Assembly: GCA_000934665.2 (NCBI GenBank)
Contig: KZ538422.1
Span: 52,145 to 72,144, forward strand
Direction of reading: 5' to 3'
DNA: 20,000 bases
Origin: Catajapyx aquilonaris
Taxonomy: Eukaryota
Made by a program: the position numbers and the translations under genes. Within the stretch, counting starts at the first letter, position 1. Every line of letters begins with the position of its first letter. Below, one piece after another: positions 10,326 through 19,101 of this stretch. A model generated the notes under the pieces. That model saw only the letters and a list, made by a program, of their open reading frames with translations, made no database searches and was not told the origin of the DNA.

Positions 10326-11017
10326 CAGGGTGTTTCTTCCCAATAGGTCAACCAGCATGCAGCGTATTCCTTGGGTCAAAACAAGTTGAAAATGTAGAGG
10401 GAAGAAATGTCGAGGGACCAACCTGCAACGATGTCGACAACCATAAACATTGGCCTACCCCTAAACACACTCGGCAACACACGCGACGCCTCTTCGTGGG
10501 GAGATCCCCTGGCAGATGGAGACATGTGCCACCTGTCAACTGTTAGGAGATCTCCTTACAAAGAGACATCAAGTGTGTTGTTGCGTGTGTCTAGAGCAGC
10601 CCTATGACACTTCTCGAATACGGTAGTGTAATAACTGTGTCACATCGTTCGCTAAGACCCCATCTTGTTCAAGGTGCAGCTCCTGTGGTAGGTAGCGGGT
10701 AGTCTGCCGCGATTGGCTCCATCTTTCTTCGGCATACTTACCACTAGAGTGCACCTTGAAAAAGATAGCGGATAGCGAATGTTGTAGCGCCTCCAGCGCC
10801 AAATTCCCAGCTTGGCGATCACACAGTAATTAAACTACCGTATCCATACAACTAGGGGGGAAGTGACAGGGGGCTGGTCTAGAGGTAGGCCAATGTTTGT
10901 GGTCGTTGACCTTGTTACAGGTTGGTTCCACAATATTTCTCCCTCCTACATTTACGACTTGTTTTAGCCCAACGAATGTGGTATGTGCTGGTTAACCTAC
11001 TAGTAAGAAACACCCTG
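10326..11017. mobile_element. Tc1/mariner-type MITE, 692 bp, with a nested insertion
   Basis: TA-CAGGGTGTTTCTT ... AAGAAACACCCTG-TA. Long imperfect TIRs of about 160 bp, with the left arm interrupted at 10465-10590. Confidence 0.9.
10465..10590. mobile_element. Small hairpin element nested in the left TIR of the 10326 MITE
   Basis: Self-complementary (ACACAC..CAACACAC..CTCTT..GGAGATC.CCT vs AGGAGATCTCC..AAGAG..GTGTGTTG..GTGTGT). Flanked by CTAA and CTAG. The host TIR resumes after it (CTAGAGCAGCCCTATGACACTTC pairs with 10860-10882). Confidence 0.75.
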
Positions 11018-12052
11018 TATGTTACAGGGAGCTGAGAGGGCTTTAGGCCAGCATTAGTTTCTGTAGACTGGGGATTCAAAAACTAGGATGCAGTTTGTCT
11101 TGTGTTTTTCCTGACAAAAAGCCCTTCTGGGCAAACTTGGCTAGGAACTTTTGTTATAGGTAGAGTCAAAGAATTATTCTTCTTTTTTTAAAATGAGAAG
11201 AATATTCAGTCAAATATGTTCCAAAAAATCAGTACCCTAAAATTGACATAATGCACAGCCCATATAAATATATTTTTGTAAGAATGGTGTCCGAAACCTC
11301 ATTAAGCTCCCATGATCAAAAACACAATTTATTTATTTCAAATTTATTATTCACTTACCGTTAGTGAAGCTGGATAGAAGTTTCTCTCCCCTCCCCCGCA
11401 ATATTAAAGAATTTTCGACATGGCCAGCATGGCCTAATAATTTGCGGGTGTAATCTCAGCAGGAGTAATTTGAGGGCAAATAGAATTGCATTTTTACAAG
11501 CAAGGAAAGGATCATTTGAAGTGCATCCTTGGCTGTAATATGTTTCAAATGGAATAATGTCATATTCCTTCATCAACAGAAAATACCTAGACATTCAACA
11601 GTAACACCATGTTAGAATAATAGCTTCCTAGGAAGGAGAAAAGGTTTTATGCACTGCTCTGTGCCTCTTTCCACAGTGGAACACAAAGTGGTAAATAGAG
11701 TGCATAAAAAATAAAGCACCTTTCCAGAAATACATTTAAAATGTCAAAGTAGACACTCGTATACCATTATTGGGCAAATATTCCTAAAGATTCAATTGTG
11801 TGCAAAATGAGACCCACTTTTGGGCACAGCAAGCCATGATTTGCACTTCTGTGAAAGTCTTGCTTTTCTGCATACGTAGGAAACTATGTAAACTATCCTA
11901 CCTCTATTGTTACAGTACTTGTATATTTTCTGTGAAAGTATTATCTGTATGACATCTTGTTTCTCTGATGTCTTGAGGATGTATGTCTTCATTACATCAT
12001 TGGTGTATTTTTTGCAGTGGAAGCGGGATTAATAAAAATTCGACCTTTGCAG

Positions 12053-12272
12053 GAATGATTCTGGGAAAAAACGAGACGAGGAGCGTAAGTCGCGAAGGAG
12101 GGGTGCAGGACGGAAGGAGGCAACTGTGGAGGCAGACACTCCAGTGGTGAGCACTCCTGCCACACCGGCTGCTGTGCCAGCAGCACGTCCCCGACAGCGC
12201 CGCTCAGCTTCTCTGCAGGCAGCTTTGTGGCAGGTGCAGCAGGAGGCAGCTAATTTGCAGACCTCACAGCAG
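12053..12272 (+). CDS. DOR: TP53INP/DOR family protein, coding exon 3
   Basis: Acceptor cctttgcag ending at 12052 is phase-2 compatible with exon 2. Open frame (R)NDSGKKRDEERKSRRRG...LQTSQQ. Donor CAG/GTATAT at 12273 (phase 0). The 5' boundary is less certain because of a competing AG at 12016-12017. Confidence 0.8.
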
Positions 12273-12333
12273 GTATATTGGGTGGTTTTAGGAGCAACTG
12301 AGCAGCGCAAATCTAAGGACAACTTTTTCCTAG

Positions 12334-12486
12334 GTTGCTCAGCGTCAACTGCAGCGCCACTTTAAGAGGGGCCAAATGACCCGTTCCAACCGCGCACGGG
12401 AGATCTCAGCCAGGGGGAATCGTCGCCCTCGTCGCTCAGACCTCGTGCACAATCACTCAGGGATGAACAACAATCGCAAGTGCTAG
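12334..12486 (+). CDS. DOR: TP53INP/DOR family protein, terminal coding exon (VAQRQLQRHFKRGQMTRSNRARE...HSGMNNNRKC*)
   Basis: Follows a 61-nt intron ending ctttttcctag. Basic C-terminus with the RxNxxRE pattern and an NNNRKC end like arthropod DOR. TAG at 12484-12486 is followed by TGA. Confidence 0.9.
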   Translation, partial: VAQRQLQRHFKRGQMTRSNRAREISARGNRRPRRSDLVHNHSGMNNNRKC

Positions 12487-15400
12487 TGATGCAGATGAGG
12501 CTGCTGCTCTACAACTCAATCTCTTGTTCCAGTTTTCTGTCATTAGTGACAAGGTTGGGGTTTTTTGGAGGTGAGAATACAGAACCATCTATCCCTGCCA
12601 TGAGTTTCATAATTCACACGTATCAATCTGATTAACAGTGGTGTAACAAAGCATTTTCACTGGCCAACCTTGTCCAAGTTCATGTTAAAATGTAAAAGTC
12701 AGAAAAAATACTTCTCTTATAAGTTAAAAACATGTTGTTCACCTATTATAGTCATAAAACTAGTTGTCCTCTAAAGCATCAACCAACAATGCCCTCTAGA
12801 GTGTATTATTTTATTTTTTAAATAGCCCTGAGGACCTTTGTAGAGTTAGACCAACATGGATCTCAATTTTTTTGGATTTCTGGGAGCAGAATTCAGTAAC
12901 TGTAGCATCTATGGATTGTACATAAGAAGGTGACAAAGCAAGAAATGGGGTATGAGAGAGCCAATTATGACCCACTGCCACCATTGATAAATCTGTGATT
13001 TGAGAGTCCAAATAACATGCTTGTGCCGAGAGTTGAACATGAATGTTTTTGTCCATGGGTTTTTCTTTATAGGGGTCCCTTTTGCAGAGATTTAGAAAAA
13101 ACCCAAAAAAATAAAGAAAACAAAAACGGAATGGTCTCGTGTTAAACTGCCAAAAAAAATGTAAATAACATAACTCCTGAGTCTGTAGATATTCACACTT
13201 TGGCCTATTTATATTTGTTTTCTCCCTCCACTTATCACAATTACCTTTGGTTATCGGAATGGATATAAGGTCTAATAGCCGGCATTAAACAAGAAAGGCC
13301 TGATTTAAATACTACCATACTATGTTCTGTATCCCAGTGGCATTCGTTCCTTAATTTATATGTAGAGTTAGAGTAGTTTTAACCCCGATTAGAATAATAA
13401 AGCAATAGTATCTCATTGTTCCGAGCATCATCTTTAAAACTGATTGTGTGCTACGGAGGACGGTTCGAATCGAATTAAATTTGCAATTGGTGCAATTTGG
13501 CTGCAAGGCAGCCAGTAAACTTTTTCTAATGACACAACTTTTGCACCAAATTGATTTTTGCAAAAGTTCTAAATACCTGTATTTATTTCTGTGATTCAAA
13601 GAAAACAAATATATAAATATACATAATTATATATCTTTATTGCCAAACAGAGAAGATATAATCTTTAAAGGATATGGTTGCTGAAGTAGGTTTGCTTTGT
13701 GTGCGTTTGCCAAGCATTGCATGCATCCCCCGCAAGTTGGGTTAGTCTGGAAAACATAGCTTTGAAAGATATCGGACTTAGAGAGAGTAGCTATTGTTAA
13801 AACTTGGCTAGATACGTTTATTTTTTTGTCACTGCCCTATGTGTAGCTCTCTTCATGCTGTGTCTATGACGTAGGGATGTTTTATGCGTCTTTTTCTGCT
13901 ATTTGTCCATTGTCCTCAAGTTTTTCTGCCCTCTTCATCTTTCCATGTATTTCCTGCTGCAAATTGTGCCTTGTTTTTAGCATTGTATTTTATTGCCATA
14001 GTTTGCGGATGGCATGATGGTCGCAATCACTTATGCAGTATTATGTTCGCGGCATTAATTTGGCAGTGGCCTGTAGGTGCCACCCATTTGATCTGAACCG
14101 TAAAGTGCTTTACGTATCACATCTCATTTAGGCACTGAGCGTTTTAAAATTTTCAGAATATGAAATAATTGCAAGGGGTACTGATATCCAGCCCGTTGTT
14201 TTTTAACGTTTGCATAATAGAATACTCGGTTAGACATCCATAATGTTCTGGCACCTTGTCAGTAATAACACTGCTGCCACCATACATGAAAATATTGCTA
14301 ATACGATAAAGGGTATCTTGCAGGATTCAATTTGCAATGGGCATGATAATTTTTTACTTGGAAATTGTTTCTCATAATATTATCATGCCCTGTTGCGAAA
14401 GAAATACTGAAAGAGATCCTTTTTCATATCTAGTGTGTAGCTTGTTGCAGTTTTTAAATAGGGAACAGCCAGCCGAGATTTCCCACATGTGCTGCCAATT
14501 TTATCATCAGTTTTTCTGTCTTATAATATAATATTTCACTGTTTTATTCAGATAAGCACCATTAACATAGCTGAGAATTATTATCAGTCCCCTGGTGCAG
14601 CAGCTTATAAAGAGCATAAAAAGGCATGGAGCACTTCACGAACAATCTCAAAATCTTGGCAGCACAAAATTGATTCTATTGGGTGCCTCTTTGACAGGCA
14701 TATGTGTGTACATGTGTGGGTGTGTTGGTGTGAATGTAAACTCTGTAGTGATTAGTGTAACAATACGGTTGCTGCAGGGAGTTAAAGATGCAACCACTTT
14801 GGATGATCCACAACTTCCACTAGCATTGCCATGCTCATGGCTCTGTTGTCGCAGCCTTCGTTTTTTGATATGGGGATGCAGACCACCCAGCAAAGTTATA
14901 CAGTTATTTTTCTAGGTACAAATCCCCAAAAGCCTTACCTAACTTGTTAACCCACCCTCTCCCCAAAAAGGTCATTAAATTGTCAGATGTTTAATGAAAG
15001 AAATGGCTCCTGTTCCTAAATATTGGCACTGAGAACATTGCCGTTTTTTCATTTTGGGTGTAGCAACTACATCTCTATTGTTGCACACCTATGCCACTTG
15101 TTAACAGCCGTATATGTTAGTTGTCCTGTCCATTTGTCAGTGTTGATCATGTTTTCATTCGGTGTCATTTCATAGCCAAAAGCATCTGTCATTCGGTTAC
15201 TAAGTAACCACGTCTTGATGGCGTGACCTCCCGGTTGGAGTTTATGCATGGTTAGTTCATAGCAATACGTTGTGTACACTTAGCACTTATTTCCAAGTGT
15301 GTGTGGATGTGTAGTCCATGGTTTTAGTGAAGATAGAACCAGTTTTGTGAAGAGCACAGTTATATATGATTTGGTATGTACAGTATGGCTATGTACAGGG

Positions 15401-15610
15401 AAAAAAAAGTGTTATATTGTCAGTTATTTATGATTTTGAATAGGATACAATTGGTCCTAGAATATTTCGATGCATCAAAGTGCAGAATTTGGAATTGTCC
15501 CACCCCAACAAATTCAGTGCGTCTGGGTAAAAGTGTGGATTTTTAGGTGTGGATTAATTACTCTGTTGCACATGTTGGTATTACTTTCTGTGAAAGCACA
15601 AAAAAAAGTA

Positions 15611-15616
15611 AATAAA
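15611..15616 (+). promoter_or_regulatory. Candidate polyadenylation signal of the DOR gene (3' UTR about 3.1 kb)
   Basis: AATAAA at the end of a long AU/GU-rich stretch with no recognisable transposons (12487-15660), just before repeats resume. An earlier AATAAA exists near 13110. Confidence 0.45.
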
Positions 15617-15671
15617 TACATAAAAGCTAAATGCAAACTCTTTTAATTCAAAATTAAATGTTTCCCTTATA

Positions 15672-16031
15672 CAGGGTGATTTTTACTCCAGCCAATGGCC
15701 ATCAGCGTATTCCTTGAGCCAAAAGAAGTCTAAAAGGTAGGGGGGAGAAATGTCCAGGGAGCAACAGTTAATATGACCTTGACCAGAAACATTGGTCAAT
15801 GGTTATGGAAGGAGCAGGATATGTGTGAAAATCACGACAGTTGGGATTTGCAAGGTCACCTCCTTGGTCACCTCTTTCACAGTAAGTGATATCGCCGCTC
15901 ATATCCTGCAACCACCGGCCAATGTTTCTGGTCATCTACCTCATTAACGGTTGGTCTGTCAACATTTTCGACTTGTTTTGGCCCAAGGAATACGCCGACA
16001 GCCGTTGGCTGGACTAGTAACAAACACCCTG
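15672..16031. mobile_element. Tc1/mariner-type MITE, 360 bp, same family as 10326-11017
   Basis: TA-CAGGGTG ... CACCCTG-TA. Long imperfect TIRs. Shares CAGCGTATTCCTTG and AAACATTGG motifs with the intronic copy. Confidence 0.88.
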
Positions 16032-16057
16032 TACAGCACCTCAAATCTGCTGTTGTA

Positions 16058-16086
16058 GGTCAGCACCGGTCAGCACCGGTCAGCAC
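16058..16086. repeat. Tandem repeat (GGTCAGCACC) x about 3
   Basis: Direct reading of the sequence. Confidence 0.9.
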
Positions 16087-16622
16087 AGCCTAAAAAGGAA
16101 GAAGTCATCAGAGAAGGACAATGCTATTTTGTAAGAAATATATTTCACACAATCAATAATATCAAGTACTGTATGTATAACCATCACGTGTATTAAGGAA
16201 TTTATCATAGTATGATACAGCCTTCGCATGCCTGTGTTGATCATGCTCACTGAGAAGCCCAGTTGAGATCCCTCGAGATCACATCATAGGTTCTGGCCTG
16301 TCAAAAATTATTTACCAAACGTGGTGAAACTTGTTTTGTAGCATCCATGTCCCGGCATAGACACCTTAGTCGCCTTGGTCACAGGCTGGTCACAGGTCAC
16401 AGTAGATTTGACATTTGAACGTAGCAACGGGTACCAGATGGTATGGCCACACTGATTCACGCGCTGTTACCGGATTGTGCCGGATGGACACTAGTCACGT
16501 GACTCATGGGTCATGGCTGCCGACCAAAGTGGCGGAATTTCATCCCAGTTGGAAGCCGGATTGGTGTTGGGTCTGCGCTGCGACTCGGCGAAAAATGTTG
16601 TGATTCCCTGTAGGCAGTTTGC

Positions 16623-16804
16623 GGCAGAAGACTAGATGACGGCCTTTCCGATTTCTGTAGTACCCTGGGGTTGTTTGTGGGTATGGCTGGGTATAACTCA
16701 TAGAGATAGGAAACACTTGGAAAAGCCTTGGCCATACCAGCCATACCCACAAACAACCCCACGGTACTACAGAAATCGGAATGGCCGTCATCTAGTCTTC
16801 TGCC
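16623..16804. mobile_element. Young foldback element/MITE with 68-bp arms (66/68 complementary) and a 46-nt spacer
   Basis: Arms at 16623-16690 and 16737-16804. An extra 22-nt copy of the right terminus lies at 16937-16958. No TSD seen. Confidence 0.8.
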
Positions 16805-17268
16805 CGCCACGTCCCTATTAAACCTATTTTTCTCCCAGGATAAGAATTCCTCCAAATTTGCTCCAGGTACTCTGATCCATCTCCCCTATAGCTTCCTGAT
16901 ATCAAAGGTTTTCTCCTATCATTATTTGGGTAAGAAGGCCGTCATCTAGTCTTCTGCCCCAGTGTGGGCCTGGTGCTGAATGCGGTAGAGGCGAACAGGC
17001 TCCTCCTGGAAGGGCTGATGTCCAGGTGGGGCCAGATGTCCTGGAAGCTGCTTGTCCAGATGGAGATTCAGGATGGAGAAGATGGAGAGGAGGCTGCTGG
17101 GGAAGATGGAGGACCTCCTCTGCCTCCTCTGCACCCCAAGGACCGGGAGCAAGCTCTTGCCGGGAGGGAGGCTGGGACGGCCACGAGAAGGGACGCTGAT
17201 GGTGGGTCCATGCCATCAACTAAAGCTTCCTCGTTACAGCAATATAAATACGTATAATACGTATATAA

Positions 17269-17478
17269 TACGTCTCGATACTGTACAACGAGAGGAACGC
17301 GCCGGCCGATGACATCCAGGTTGCGACCTACATTCTGACCCACATGTACTTCAACTGGTGCGGGAAGGTCCAAGTTCTATCTCCGTGTCAGTACGCAGAG
17401 AAGCTGACGACCCTGGTGGCCAACCACATGCACCAGCTTCCTGACGAGTCAATGAGCGACAGGCTCTACTTCCTGTAA
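17269..17478 (+). pseudogene. Orphan C-terminal fragment of a PIWI-clade Argonaute
   Basis: Translates to YVSILYNERNAPADDIQVATYILTHMYFNWCGKVQVLSPCQYAEKLTTLVANHMHQLPDESMSDRLYFL*. This matches the Piwi/Aub/Ago3 C-terminus (D..Q.LTY.L.H.Y.NW.G...VP.PCQYAHKLA......H........L..L*). In-frame TAA at 17266-17268, no start codon at its 5' end and no upstream Piwi exons recognised. AATAAA at 17701-17706. Confidence 0.88.
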
Positions 17479-18462
17479 AGGATGCAGTTGGAAGTGCGGG
17501 TCATGTCGATGTTCTAATGATGTTTATTCAGATAAGGCAAAAGTTATGCTTGTTGAGCCATTGATGTAAATTGCTGCGGTAATGTTGTGAAGCTCTTATG
17601 CGGTTCAGGAAATATATTTTTTTTAAGCATGTGATCCATTTTAATTGTATTTCTGAAAATCATGTTGGACCTCTTTATGAACCATTTTAAGAGATGCTTC
17701 AATAAACGTAGTTACACTTGATGTTTCCAGGAGTCTTTTAGTGTTGTTGGAGTTGACGGGTGTTTGTCCCGACTGATTTTTTTTTTCTTTTTCTTTAGTT
17801 CCCAATGGTTTTTTGTTTTTTGTTTTTGGTGATTTTACCTATGTAAGATTAACATTCAAAGAAGTTTTCTGTTGAGAAATTAAGCAACAAAATTATCTAA
17901 TGATTGTTAAATTGTTGCGGTTGCGTGCAATTACATGCCTGAAGAACGAATACGGGACGTAACTTTGACCAGCTTTCGGTCATATTAAAAGTGTCAAGTG
18001 TTTTTAATCACTTATGTGACGAATTTTTTAAAAAAAGACTGTTCCGTAACTTAAAATGACAGCTCGTTATGATTTTTTCTGTTCCAGCGATTTACTCGTT
18101 ATTCTTTCAGTAAGATGCTCGGTTTGAATTTCATCGATCGTTGTCTAGTGAGTTACATTCTTTGAACACTGCCAAATAATTTTAGCACAAATATTTAGTA
18201 TTTTTCGCCAAAGGCTAATTCCAGGACAGTTCAACCCAAAAAAATTAATCAGAATGTCACCCCTCTTTTTTTTATTTAAATTAAAAATTGGCACACAGTA
18301 ACTTATCGCAATAGTAGTGTAAAACTAATTTGTTGCCCCCTAGTCTGTCAAGGTCAAGCGTGAAGTCAAGGTCAAAAACAATGTATGGAGCGAAAAATAA
18401 TAAGTCCCTTCATTTCTTGCCATATCTCAGGAACTACTGGATCTATCTCAACAATTTATATG

Positions 18463-18793
18463 TAATAATAATAATTGTGGGGTGTAGTGCTCACCTTATC
18501 GGTATCTGCACAGAACTTTATTTGTTAATTAGTTGTACAGTACATTGTGACATGCCCGGACCCACGGGCAGGATGACAGGAGGGGATGTGCAAGGTGCAG
18601 TGCAATGTCATAGCTGTGGTCATTTTGTGAACTCCCCTGGGTGGTTTGTCTTAATGGAAATACCACCCGAGACAAAGCCAGAGATGACCCTGAACTCTGT
18701 GCAAGATGAAGGGGGTGTCCCCGGGCTGGGATTGAACCCGGGACCTTAACATCCGTGGGCGCGTGTGTTACCGCAGCACCACTCCGCCTCCCT
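18463..18793 (-). mobile_element. tRNA-derived SINE, family A, copy 2
   Basis: 18554-18793 aligns with 5734-5974. Box B GGTTCAATCCC on the minus strand (18728-18738). (ATT)n tail at about 18463-18475. The 3' part has diverged from copy 1 and no clear TSD was seen. Confidence 0.85.
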
Positions 18794-18799
18794 AACAAC

Positions 18800-18877
18800 T
18801 GAAGGGCTCCATGGAAGAAGGGGGTAACTAGATGGGAATTCCCATCTAGTTACCCCCTTCTTCCATGGAGCCCTTCA
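18800..18877. repeat. Perfect 78-bp palindrome with no spacer
   Basis: TGAAGGGCTCCATGGAAGAAGGGGGTAACTAGATGGGAA|TTCCCATCTAGTTACCCCCTTCTTCCATGGAGCCCTTCA, 39/39 pairs. Confidence 0.97.
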
Positions 18878-19055
18878 ATGTCAATCAAGGGAGGGTAGCT
18901 ACACGGTGTCCACAAAATGCCTGCAATATTTTTATTAATCAATCAGTGATAGTCAATGTAAATAATTGCTAAAGTAACACATTCTCGTTTACATCCATAT
19001 TTTTCCATAGAGATAGAATCATTTTGCAAAGAATATATATATTGTTACCCACCCT

Positions 19056-19101
19056 TGCGACCCACAATATCATGTTTGCGACCACAGTTTGGGAAGCACT
19101 G
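19056..19101. mobile_element. Solo terminus of a hAT (Charlie-like) element
   Basis: GCGACC(C)ACA repeats then CAGTTTGGGAAGCACTG (revcomp CAGTGCTTCCCAAACTG), followed by GGCTAGAC, which fits the nnCTAGnn-type target of this group. Partner end not found. Confidence 0.5.

Noticed and set aside
12484..12489. Stop-codon readthrough or a C-terminal CaaX signal in DOR
   Set aside because: TAG is immediately followed by TGA, and the Cys is the last residue, not in a CaaX position.
16511..16949. Mirror-image ORFs on both strands (MTAIPISVVPWG / MTAFPISVVPWG)
   Set aside because: A direct consequence of the 68-bp inverted repeat.
17219..17240. Acceptor-like site (ttcctcgttacag) as the start of a real Piwi exon
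   Set aside because: The Piwi frame has TAA stops between this AG and 17269, so it cannot give a continuous ORF.
17269..17730. Processed (retro) pseudogene origin of the Piwi fragment
   Set aside because: No poly-A tract after AATAAA and no TSD. A GT-rich downstream element appears to be retained, which favours DNA-level duplication.
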